DNA of 64,000 nucleotides from Mobula hypostoma. Lineage: Eukaryota. The stretch is from NCBI RefSeq assembly GCF_963921235.1, contig NC_086097.1, forward strand, positions 57,600,001 through 57,664,000. Direction: 5' to 3'. Shown here in pieces: positions 52,610-64,000 of this stretch; the stretch's first letter is position 1, and every line of letters begins with the position of its first letter. The translations under genes and the position numbers were made by a program. The notes under the pieces were generated by a model, which was not told the DNA's origin, searched no databases, and worked only from the letters and a program-made list of their open reading frames with translations.

Positions 52610-54102
52610 TAAAGAACTTTAGTTCCCAGTGGGCAATGTGGGTGGTTCACCCGGAACTGGAAGTGACATTGGTGAAGGGGACACATAGGCTCTTGGTGGA
52701 CTAGAGAGTCCTGGAGTAAAATGTGGTCAAGTTTAAGCCATTCTGTAAACTGTAAATAAAATAGTTACAGCATTTTTACCCATGCAAGTTTGTCTTTGTT
52801 AAAGAACAGACATAACATAAATGACTGGGCAAACATGGGTTGGTTTTATTGATATGTATATTCAATGCCATGGCCCAACAGTAAAGGAAATCTCCCTGGA
52901 ATGTAAGGAATTTAAACAATTTGATTGCATTACTCCCAATTTTAAGTTGCATTGATTGTGTTTAAAATGCTCTGTCCATTTTAGCTAGACTAGGATCAGT
53001 ATTCAAAATTGCTGTTGTCTTTTTCAATTTAGCTATCCCGTTTGCTGTAAAAATGAAGAAAATGCCTTTTAGTACTTCCTAGTTTACAGAAGTATACGCA
53101 GTATGTTACTGCTCAAGGCCAGGTGGGATGGGAAACGGAGTAGTCAGCTCCAACAACTGATGTGTTTATTTATTTATTAATTATTATTATTTTTCTTTTT
53201 CTCTTCTATATTACGTATTGCATTGAACTGCTGCTGCTAAATTAACAAATTTCATGCCAATGCCGGTGATAATAAACCTGATTCTGATTCTGAATTGCAA
53301 AACGTACAATGATGTTTGAATAAATCATAAATCCTTATGCACTACGTCTAATATATAAAATTCAGAAAACTTTTAAAATGCATTTCATCACCTGTGATAT
53401 AATTTGTATTTTATGCACAACAGGGAAATCAGTTTGTAAAATCAAAGTTAATGCAGAATAGCAGTTTTCATATTAACAAGTGACACATATCAAATGTATA
53501 TGAGCAAAATGCTTTTCTTGTAACATAACTAAGGAGAAAATGTGATCATCAAAGAAATGCAAATTGCATTGAGAGAGATGTTTTGAGGTGACCTATTCTA
53601 CTTCAGAGTGCCATCTGGCTTTCAAAAATATCTTGTAATGATGAACCACATATCAGCTAGACTTAGTATGCTCAAGGAACTGTTGGAAGGACAATCTGTC
53701 AATGATCCTTGAAAGTTGGATAATGTTGCGTTAAATGGCCCCAGGTGCTCCATTCAAGCTTAAGAAGATAGCATTTGTACTTCGAGAACACCATCTGTGA
53801 CAACAGGTTTGTTAGGTATTTAAAGTGTGTAGTTGAAAGCGATTGATGTCAAAGTCAGTAGAATCGAGTATTAAGAGAAAACATGTAAATAATATTGTTC
53901 CAAGTCTTTCAGAGTGGGAATGATGCACAATTTCTCACAGGTGCTAGTAATTTGCCTATTTGTTTGCAGGAAGTTGTAGCCTTAGATAATTTTTTTGATT
54001 TATGAAACATCTTGACAAGTGACAGCATAGCTTAGTAAAAGAGCTTTTAATGCCTTCAAGATTGTAGGTTTTTAATGGATCGGACAGTGATATAAACTTT
54101 AC

Positions 54103-54285
54103 AAATAAACAAACTGCTGGAGTAACTCAGCAATCAGACATCATCCATGACGGTAGAGAGATAGTCAATGTTTCAGATTGAGACCCTACATCAGGAACTC
54201 CCTGACCTGCTGAGTTCCTCCAGCAGTTTGTTTTTTTTCTCTCTCTTTGCTTCAGATTCCAACATCTGCAGTGTCTTGAATCTCC
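54103..54285. mobile_element. Old PLE-derived fold-back fragment
   Basis: aaacaaactgctggagtaactcagca and tgctgagttcctccagcagtttgttt inverted arms around a decayed hammerhead. Confidence 0.65.
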
Positions 54286-56221
54286 ATATAAACTTTGCAA
54301 ATATTTTTGTAATCAAAGTGTTTGGACCTTTGCTCTTGCACCTTATGTAGCCGTATTGAGCCTGGATCTGGAGTATTGAGCTCCTTACCTGATGAAAAGG
54401 GAGTGCAGCAAAGGTTCTCCAGGCTTTTCCTGGGATGCTGAGTCCATCATATGAAGAAAGATTGAGTAGGATGGACCTTTATCCTCTAGAGTTTAGAAAA
54501 GTGATTGGTCTCCTTATGTGACATGTTTATTTAGTGGACAACCAGATGACTTCGGGGAGAATGTTTCCTCTCTAAGGAGTCTACCACTAAGTGTCACAAT
54601 CTCAAAATACAGGTTAGGCCATTATGGAACAAACTGAGGAGAAATTTCTTCACTCAGCTAATGGTGAATCTTTGCATTATTTGGATGTTTGTGGAGTGAA
54701 ATGGGGACTCCTCTTTTTCCCTTATTAGGGAGAGAGAGAGAGAGCCTGTGGCATGTCGAATTACCCGGTGAACAAGTAGTCTTTGGGGTACTGCAAGTCA
54801 GTGTTTTTATTGATGCTTTGCTAAATGCCTAAGTGCTTGGTGGAGGGTGCAGATGCTGTTTTGCTGGTGGGGGGGGGTCGTCATTTGCTGCTGCTTATGC
54901 ATGGGAGGGGGAGCTGGGGGGGCTTTGGGGTTCTAACATTTAAGTGTCATTCACTATTTGGGGCACTCCTCTGTTTTCGTGGATGTTTGCGAAGAAGTAG
55001 AATTTCAGGATGTATATTGTACATTACTCTGACATTAAATGTACCTATTGAAACCTATTGAATTAATTACATTCAAAACTCAATATATTTCTGAATATCA
55101 GTCATCAGGAGATTTGCATGTAGGGTAGGAAAATGACACTGCGATAGAATATTGCATAAGATCATGTTGAATGGAAGACTAGGTTCAATGGACTGAAAGA
55201 CCTACTCTAATTTTTACACCTTTTGTGTCCCTGTTATGCTCTTATTTACCTCCATCATTTTCTGAATAAAAAATTATTCAGTCATTTTATTTAGTAATCA
55301 AAGTAGCAAGGTAAAATGGACAATCAAAAAGTAATTGAGTTAAGAGTAGAGTGCTTCCACCAGAACAATTGTATTAGCTGAAAGGATATTTAGGTGATTA
55401 ATTTGGTCAATCCATAATGGATAACCACAGATCTTATTTTTACAACTTCCAGGTGATCCATTATGCTCAGATGCAGGAACAAGGAAGTGCCTCCAAATAT
55501 TTATCTGTCCGCTTTCAGATCTCTGTAAAAAGAACAGTCTAGGTGCTTTTCTTAATGGAAGCAGAGATATGTTTGCTTATAAAAAATAAAATAATTCCAA
55601 TTTCTTGTTGCTGAATAGATAATTGAATTCAAGTGCAATTGAAAATGCTTCAGGAGTTTGATTTTAAAATTCCAGTTATTAATCTAATACTTTTGTACAA
55701 ATGCTACCATTCTGCATATTTATAATTCCGGCCAATTTTTCATTTTTCCATTCTATTTTTTTAATCTTTTCTACAATTAAAAGTATTAACTACTTTCAAA
55801 ATTATTTTGATAATACTTGAAATATCACAGCTTCCTGTCTCATCTTTGCGAAGGAATATGGAAGTCTTTAGGGTGTCTTGAGAAAGGAGGATGAAAGCAA
55901 GGTTTACTACCTTAAGTACTCCCTTTGAAGTTGGTTTTCTAAAATGAATACAGGTTGAGTACTCCTTATCTGAAAATCCAAACTCCGTAAACTTCCGAAA
56001 TCCAAAGTTTTTTTGGGTGTTAACGCGACAGCACAAATTTCACAAAACACTAGGAAGGCTCCCAGGTGATGCGCAGGTCTCTGCACACCACAGACATTTC
56101 TGAAAAGTGACCTTATAATGAACAAAAGTTAATGAAAAAAATGTAAAACATTGCATTAAGCAAAAAATGAAGAGCTTGAATGTGTATTTGTCAGCGTCAG
56201 AGTGAACATACTATATGGTGG

Positions 56222-56449
56222 CAACATACATCAAAGTTGCTGGTGAACGCAGCAGGCCAAGCAGCATCTATAGGAAGAGGCGCAGTCGACGTTTCAGGCC
56301 GAGACCCTTCGTCAGGACTCTGACGAAGGGTCTCGGCCTGAAACGTCGACTACGCCTCTTCCTATAGATGCTGCTTGGCCTGCTGCGTTCACCAGCAACT
56401 TTGATGTATGTTGCTTGAATTTCCAGCATCTGCAGAATTCCTGTTGTTT
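56222..56449. mobile_element. Palindromic PLE-derived mini-element 3
   Basis: ~95-bp inverted arms with a 4-nt loop; TSD atactatatggtgg at 56208-56221 and 56450-56463. Confidence 0.93.
56284..56319 (-). ncRNA. Minimal type-I hammerhead ribozyme motif (GUC site)
   Basis: Minus strand reads agtc-CTGACGA-agggtctcggcct-GAAA-cg-TC-gact. A second core lacking stem I starts at 56320 on the plus strand. Confidence 0.78.
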
Positions 56450-59400
56450 ATACTATATGGTGGGACAGTTGAGGAACAGTGGAAGACTTTCAAGGAGATT
56501 TTTCACGGTGCTCAAGAAAAGTATATTCCAGTTAAAAGCAAGGACAGTAAGGGTGGGGAGAGCCAGCCTTGGATAACTAAGGAAATAAAAGAAGACATCA
56601 AACTAAACGCTCGTGCATACAAAGTTGCCAAGAGTAGTGGGAAAGTGGAAGATTGGGAGAACTTTAAAAAGCAACAAAGAACCACTTAGCGAGTAATAAA
56701 AGAAAGCTAGATTATGAAAATAAACTAGCACAAAATATAAAAATGGATAGTAAAACCTTTTATAATTATATAAAGCAGAAAAGGATAGATAAAATAAATG
56801 TAGGTTCCTTGGAGGACTAGAAGTGTGAATTGATATTGGGTAATGAGGAAATGGCAGAGACTTTGAATGACTATTTTGTGTTGGTCTTCATGGTGGAGGA
56901 CACATCTAACAGGCCTAAGAGAGATGTTATGGATATGATGGGAGGTGAGGATCTTGATACAATAACTATCACTAAAGAGGTAGTGCTGAGCAACTTGTGG
57001 ATCTGAAGATAGGCAAGTCCCCTGATCCTGATGGAATGCATCCCACGGTACTGTAAGAAATAGCAGAAGTTATAGTAGTACCACTAAGCTTGCAATAAAG
57101 AAAGGGAAGCTAGATTATGAAAAGAAATCTAGCACAAAATATAAAAACGGATAGTAAAAGTTTTTATAATTATCTTATAAAGTGGAAAAGGGTGGCTAAA
57201 GTGAATGTAGTCCTTTGGAGAATGAGAAAGAGGAATTGATATTGGGTAATGAGGAAATGGCCGAGGCTTTGAATGACTATTTTGTGTCGGTCTTCACAGT
57301 GGATGATACATCTAACGTGCCAAAGAGAGATATTATGGATGCGATGGGAGGTGAGGACATGGATACAATAGCTATCACTAAAGAAGTAGTGCCAAGCAAA
57401 CTTGTGGGCCTGAAGATAGACAAGTCCCCGGTCCTGATGGACTGCATCCCAGGGTACTGAAGGAAATAGCAGAAGTTAGAATAGAGGCTTTGGTGATGAT
57501 TTACCAAAATTCTCTGGACTCTGGGCATACCCTGGCAGATTGGAAGCTGGTGAATGTAACACCACTGTTCAAAAAAGGATGTAGGCAAAAGTCAGGTAAA
57601 TATAGGCCAGTTAGTTTAACATCTGTAGGAGAAAATGCTTGAAGCTATTATTAAAGAAGAAATAGTGAGGTATCTGGAAGAAATGGATCCATCAGGCAGA
57701 TGCAGCATGGATTTAGCAAAGGCAGGTCCTGTTTGACAAACTTACTGGAGTTCTTTGAGGATATAATGAGCGCAGTGGATAGAGGGGAACAGATGGAGTT
57801 ATTTCTTGGATTTCCAGAAGGTGTTTGATAAGGTGCCACACAAAAGACTTATTCATAAGATAAGGATGCATAGAGTTAGGGGTGATGTATTAGCATGAAT
57901 AGAGAATTGATTAACCAATAGAAGCAGAGAGTTGGGATACATGGGTGTTACTCTGGTTGGTAATCAGTGGTGAGCGGCTTGTTGCAGGGGTCGGTGCTGG
58001 GCCCACAACTGTTCACAATATACGTTAACAATCTGGAAGAGGGGACCATATGTAATGTATCTAAGTTTGCTATTGATACTAAATTGAGTGGAAAAGCAAA
58101 TTGTGCAGAAGATATGGAGAGTCTGTAGAGCGATATAGAAAGGTTAAGTGAATGGGTAAGGGTCTGACAGATGGAGCGCAATGTTGGTAAATGCAAGGTC
58201 ATCCACTTTGGAAGGAAAAATGAAAGCAGATTATTATTTAAATGGTAAAAAATTGCAGCATGCTGCTGTTCAGAGGGACTTGGGAGTGCTTGTGCATGAA
58301 TCACAAAAGGTTGGTTTGCAGGTGCAGCAGGCTGTTAAGAAGGTAAATGGAATGCTGGCCTTCATTGCTAGAGGGATTGAATTTAAGCGCAGGGAGGTTA
58401 TGCTGCAACTGTGCAGGGTACTGGTGAGGCAGCACCTGGAGTACTGCATGCAGTTCTGATCTCCTTACTTGAAGAAGGATATACTGGCTTTGGAGGTGGT
58501 GCAGAGGAGGTTCACCAGGTTGATTACAGAAATGAAGGGGTTAGACTATGAGGAGAGATGGAGTCACCTGGGATTGTACTCGCTGGAATTCAGAAAAATG
58601 AGAGGAGACCTTTTAGAAACATGTAAAATTATGAAGGATGGATAAGATAGAGGCAGGAAAGTTGTTTCCACTGGTAGGTGAGACTAGAACTAGGAGACGT
58701 AGCCTCAAGATTCGGGGGAGTGGATTTAGGACGGAGATGAGGAGGAACTGCTTTTCCCAGAGAGTGGTGAATCTGTGGAATTCTCTGCTCAATGAAACCT
58801 CAGTAAATATACTTAAGACAAGGTTGGATAGATTTTTGCATAGTACGAGAATTAAGGGTTATGGGGAAAAGGCAGGTAGGTGGAGATGGGTCTGTGGCCA
58901 GCTCAGCCATGAACTTATTGAATGATGGAGAAGGCTCGATAGGCCAGATGGCCTACTCCTGCTCCTATTTCTTATGTTCTTGTACACCACTTAAATGTGT
59001 GCTGATCATGAAACAAGCAAAGATCTATCACAATGAACGAAAATTGAAGATATTTGAATATTCAGCAGGCTGGTTGCAGAAATTTAAGAAAAGGCACAGC
59101 ATTAAATTTTTAAATATTTGTAGTGATAAAGCGTCAGTTGATCATGAAGCAGCAGAAAAATACATTAATGAGTTTGCCAAGATTTGTCAGTGATGAAAAT
59201 CTAACATCAGAACAAGTCTATAATGCTGGTTGTTTTTATACCTTACATAAAACCTAAAAAAAAGTAAAACACAAATATAGTATAGTGTAACCTTTTAATC
59301 ACAACATGACATTGTAGTGGATGCTGAAAGACCTGTTTGTTGTTTGTTGTTGTTCAACAGCTGAGTCCAATGCCGCTATGCTGCTTTTGTTACCCTCCAC

Positions 59401-61109
59401 ACATTATATTTGCATTATATTAATAGTATGTAATAATTTTTACTGTTAAGTACAAATGTGTGATATGTATAAGACTGCTTAAATTCAGAGTCAGAAATGA
59501 TGGTGCTCCCAAGCTAGTCAGTATATACTCCAAAATCCAAAAACAACTGAAATTGAAACACTTCTGTCCTCAAGCATTTCAGACAAGGGCTACTCAAACT
59601 GTAATACTATTGTAACATGAGGCAATATCCATACTTTGTGTTTTTTTTTGTTTTTATTAAATTCAAAAATAGATCTTGTCTTATGGAATTTAAGTATCAC
59701 ATGAAATCCAAATACTTAAAATTAATTGTGACTAGCAACACAAATCTGGTGATTTGATAACAGCTCTTGCCCTTCTGGCATGATGTTTAATGAGTAAATG
59801 TCCATAAGAAGCTTTGTGCATTTTATGTGACATTTTTGACAAGAGTCAAGATTTTTCTAATGATCCACTCCCTGTAATTAAATGTTCAGCTCTACACTAG
59901 ATATTGACAAAAGACTATCATGGAATTTTCACTATCTCTGCAAAAACCACTGGGAAGCCAGTGTGGTCACAAGACAATGTCATTGCATTTTGCTGGATTA
60001 CTAACTGTTCTACATTGTCCAGTGTTAGTTCAGTGAAAAAAATTCTTTAATAGAAATGACAATGATGATGATAACAATAATAAAAATTTAATTACAGGAC
60101 CGTATGTTAGATATTGCAATATCGTCATCAGAAGCAATGAAGAGTTGGTTAAATAATATCTGAGCTACTTTCTGATACACTTGAAACAATTTTACATATC
60201 AAACACCTGGTGCTGATCAAATAAATGCTTGCTCGTAGAGAATATACTGTTTCTTCTCTATGTTGCTACACGTGCTGAATTATGGTGGCAGATAGTTGGT
60301 GATTTTGAATTTACAGAATGCTATATCTGAATTATTTTGACATTTCTTTTAACATAATACTGCTTTCTTTTCAGGACAGAATTTATGTTTTTTGGGTGTG
60401 GGAGATGAAATAATGAATGGTTAAAATTGTTACATTTTAAGAGCTCTTCCACTTAAAGCATTTAATGGCTGCAATGAAATCTAACATTTACAGCAGCACC
60501 ATACCCTAAAAATCATTGTATTGCCAATGAGAAAATGTGCCAGGGTTGCTTAGTTTTTCAGATGTAATACTGTCAATTTTTTTTTTTAATTCTTTGACAT
60601 CTGGCCCTAATGCCTGGCTCACTACTGCACATCAAAAGCAACTTTATGTCAGCTACCTAGACCATGTTCCATTCCATCTGGACCTAATGGGGAGTGCAGG
60701 ATGCAACAGCTGTGGGGCCAGCAGTTTATCCTCAAGCAATTACCCTACTGGCCATCCAGTCCCAGGAACATTGGTGCATGAATCAAGCCTGGAGACTGAT
60801 TTTTTGCACATGCTGCCCATCACACCAGACCCCATTAGGCCATAATGAATGACCATTTGCAAGACAGCAGCTCTCCTGGGAAAAATGACTATCAGATATT
60901 TGTTTTATCATCTTATGAACATATGTCAATGATGTAGAGTATTCATAATGCTCATGATCCTGATGTTCCTTTGATAATTTTTGGTGTGCATCTGCTGAGG
61001 TCAGTAATGATCTACTTCTCCTCTCTTTGGACAGTAAACAAGAAGTAGCAATCAGTTTTACATTGCTACCTTTCACAGATTTATTATACTGCATATTTTA
61101 CGACTGTTG

Positions 61110-61625
61110 TAGGACATAGAACAGTACAGAATCATACAAGCTCTTCAGCCTACGATGTTGTGCCAACCTTTTAACCTACTCCAAAATCAGTCTAACCCTT
61201 CCCTCCCAGATAGTCCTTCATTTCTCTTTCATCCATGTGGCTATCCAGCAGTATCTTAGATGTCCCTAATGCAGAGATTCCCAACCCCTTTTATGCCATG
61301 GACCAATACCATTAAGCAAGTGGTCCATTGGACTCCAGGTTGGGTATACCTGCCCCAATGTATCTGCCTCTAGCACCACCCCTGACAGTTTGTTTTATGC
61401 ACTTGCTGGTCTCCATATAAAACCTATCTCTGATATCCCCCCCTCTACCTTCCTCCAATCACTTTAAGAGGATGTCATCTCATATTAACTATTGCCATCC
61501 TGGGAAAAAGCCACTGGCTGTCTACTCGATCTATGCCACTTATCATCTTATACAGCTCTCTCAAGTTGTCTCTCATCGTACTTTGCTCCAAAGAGAAAAG
61601 CCCTAGCTTGCTCATCCTTTTCCTT
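61110..61625 (-). mobile_element. Old CR1 3' fragment
   Basis: LGLFSLEQ..GIDRVDSQ in ORF 61475-61762; similar to 1012-1400. Confidence 0.8.
61272..61352. mobile_element. 81-bp hAT-type MITE
   Basis: CAG..CTG termini (cagagattcccaacc and ggttgggtatacctg); 8-bp TSD ccctaatg/ccccaatg. Confidence 0.7.
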
Positions 61626-61852
61626 TGATCTGTTATGTGATATTCAGGTGAAAATGGCCAAGAAAACCTTATACATTTTCTCCATAAACTGGGCTCAATC
61701 TCAGCCATCAAGTAGGCGTACAATGATCGTAGAGCTAAGGAATTCTCATTTATTTCACGCATGTAGATAAGAAAATGAGCATCATCCTAAGTATGTTTAG
61801 TTTTTCATTTATATGGAATCTGATATGTTCTTTTTCTCCCTTTATTCCTAAG

Positions 61853-61992
61853 GTACAGAAGTTGAAGGGTCTCCTGAACCTCAGGCGGGTCCTTTGAAAA
61901 TGTCTGTAACTCTGCCCTCCATGAATGAAGACCAATCTGGCAGCATAAGCACAATAGATGGTGATGATACTTCCGGGGCTGAAATATTTTGA
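61853..61992 (+). CDS. KIAA0586: Last coding exon: (G)TEVEGSPEPQAGPLKMSVTLPSMNEDQSGSISTIDGDDTSGAEIF*
   Basis: Long polypyrimidine acceptor ending cctaag; TGA at 61990-61992. KMSVTLPS...SGAEIF matches the recalled human C-terminus KMSVMLPS...SGADTF. Confidence 0.85.
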
Positions 61993-62214
61993 AGCTTGGC
62001 AGCATTTTCTTATAAAGCACTTCTAATACTTTCCATTTTTCTAACAATTGTTTAAAGACAACATAGATTAACATTTTAATATGCAGTTTTGATAACCTAT
62101 TTATCTTGCAGTCTCAACTTATAGCTACACTGCTAAATTATTTTCTTAAATTGAGGATTATGATTTATCATGTTAGAATCTATGTTTATAATTGTGTTTT
62201 GGTCACTTATGAAT

Positions 62215-62220
62215 AATAAA
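62215..62220 (+). promoter_or_regulatory. Candidate polyadenylation signal AATAAA
   Basis: About 220 nt after the stop in AT-rich sequence, followed by T/GT-rich sequence. An ATTAAA also lies at 62275. Confidence 0.45.
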
Positions 62221-63745
62221 TTTGGAGTTTTTTATCAATGGAAAGATTGATAATATTAGTCTTTGTGGAAAAGCATTAAACTTTAATATAATGTGTGTTA
62301 GTAGATTTCCTTTATTCTGTCTCAGATCAATATATTTTTAGTAGTAAAGTACCAATACCAATCGCCACTTAAAGATGGTGAGAAAAGCAAACAGATGTCT
62401 GTTGCTGCTAACAGTTCACACATTCTGTCGACAAGCTGGCAAAAATTTATTCAGGAAACATGTTCATCTTACAAATCATTTTAAATTCATTAATTTTTTG
62501 ACCAACAATCATTATTACAAAAATTGAAAGTTCCTGAATATCTGTGCATCAGTAAAAAACTAGTACACTAAACATGACCAAAGTACTTCTTATTGCCATA
62601 GTCTATTCTTTTATAGTTGGTGTAGCTTGCAGACTAATTGCACTCAGATACGTTTTGTTGCTTTAACATTGGAAGATGCACCTTGTATCAAGTACTGACC
62701 ATAAAAGAGGCTTTGTAGCATATGCATAGATTTGTCCAGCATAACTTCGGACACTGCACATAAGAATTATATATGCCTTTATTCAGACATTTTGCAATGC
62801 ATTGCAAAACTGGTGTGCTTGTAATCTTCCTGTATTCTACAAACTGTTTTCTCAATTAAGATCATTTGAGCATTATGCAAAGTAATGCTGTTGATAAATT
62901 GCATATATTGTAGGATGAAGAAGAAAAGTAAAGTTTTAAACTAGATTGAGAAGATGATTTTAAAAACATTGTTATACAAAGCTTACGACTTGAAACATCA
63001 TTCAAAATTAATCAGAGGAACTCTTCAGAATTAAGATAAAACGAACTAACTTCATTAAAATTGTAAGAACAGCCAACAGGCTCCGATTTCAGCATTCAGT
63101 AACAAAGCTGACATCGTCACTGCAGCCAGCGTTGTTATTTCATGGAAAATCATTGGCACTGGACACCCATATTCTCTTAGAAAACTTAGGAATAATGCAG
63201 AAGTGATTTTAATTTTAGATTTTAGTAATACAAAACTTTCATGACTAATGAAGAAAATTCTAATTTCACAGTACAACGTGCAAAAGGATCTAAAAATTCT
63301 CCACGATGCAGCTTCTCTCTCAACAGAACCATAAATATGGAAGATAAATGACAACTAGCAATATCTGTTTACTGTGTTTTTATAATGAAGATATGAAAGA
63401 GGAACATCGGACCTGATAAAATAAAAAAACAACTTCCAGTACAACATGCTACAGCATTATTGTGATAGATACAATTTCTTCCATATCTTTGCATCATTTA
63501 TTACAAACATCTCGCAAGCCGATAGTCGAAATAGGAAGAAAAGGGTATTTTTATTGACAATTTCACCATTCAAGGGGATGGTTCATTGAACAAAAGTCTG
63601 ATGGAATAATGAGAACTTGAAGGGAAACCAACCACTGTTTAGTGGTTATTCTATAGAGATTTTGAACCAGTGTTTTCTTTGAAGATAAGCAATGTTTGCA
63701 GGATATAGCAATCTGCAGATCCTCAAATTGATACTCTAAGAATTA

Positions 63746-64000
63746 TGCTCAGTGGCTATTTTATTAGTAGGTATCGTTAATGCAGATATCTAATGAACCA
63801 ATCATGTAACAGTAACTCAATGCACAAAAGCATGTAGATGTGGTCAAGAAGTTCAGTTGTTGTTCAGACCAAACATTAAAATGGTGAAGAAATGTGACCG
63901 TGGAATGATTTTTAGTGCCAGATGGGGTGGTCTGAATATCTCAGAAACTTCTGATCTCATGGGATTTTCATACACAACAGTCTCTAGAGTTTACAGAGAA
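63746..64000 (+). mobile_element. Tc1/mariner element 5' end, cut by the window edge
   Basis: TA plus ctcagtggc..ttattag terminus; HTH peptide GMIFSARWGGLNISETSDLMGFSYTTVSRVYRE. Confidence 0.8.

Larger units (their letters stand above)
47241..52817 (+). mobile_element. Internally deleted Gypsy LTR retrotransposon
   Basis: TG..CA LTRs at 47241-47472 and 52211-52817 (interrupted); gag remnants GNLTDNWK and LRDSLVREKIVCGI; protease LDTGA (50976-51227); purine-rich tract before the 3' LTR. Confidence 0.88.
56211..58983 (+). mobile_element. Decayed CR1 LINE with an internal ~385-bp tandem duplication
   Basis: ORF fragments from 56408 to 58925 and a CR1 3' end. Confidence 0.9.
55951..59601 (+). 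mobile_element. Tigger/pogo DNA transposon (deleted), split by CR1
   Basis: TA-flanked terminal inverted repeats caggttgagtactccttatctgaaa and tttcagacaagggctactcaaactg; CENP-B-type HTH YSAGWLQKFKKRH at 59000-59190. Confidence 0.88.

Noticed and set aside
63055..63354. 99-aa minus-strand ORF in coding-looking sequence downstream of the gene
   Set aside because: No recognisable motif, a non-ATG start and stops in the surrounding frames.
374..63354. Most short ORFs in the supplied track
   Set aside because: Antisense or off-frame readings of TE sequence, or chance ORFs in AT-rich intron.

Overview
Vertebrate, repeat-dense intronic DNA. The TE families point to a cartilaginous fish, probably a ray (inference). 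Three phase-compatible + strand exons (5584-5714, 12241-12325, 61853-61992 with stop) resemble the C-terminus of KIAA0586/TALPID3, recognised from memory of the human protein and not confirmed by a search. Almost everything else is transposon-derived: CR1 LINEs, an RTE, Rex1/L2-like LINEs, tRNA SINEs, Tigger/Tc1/hAT elements, a deleted Gypsy element and many Penelope-like (PLE) insertions. Three signals stand out. (1) The PLE terminal repeats carry a minimal type-I hammerhead ribozyme motif in at least 12 copies, about 6 with an intact core. (2) Three ~220-bp hairpin mini-elements with ~14-bp target-site duplications (TSDs) each fold back at the ribozyme, at a different point in each copy. (3) An 851-bp inverted copy of nearby DNA sits inside a (TA)n tract of a PLE. 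Boundaries of old repeats are approximate, and all alignments were done by eye.
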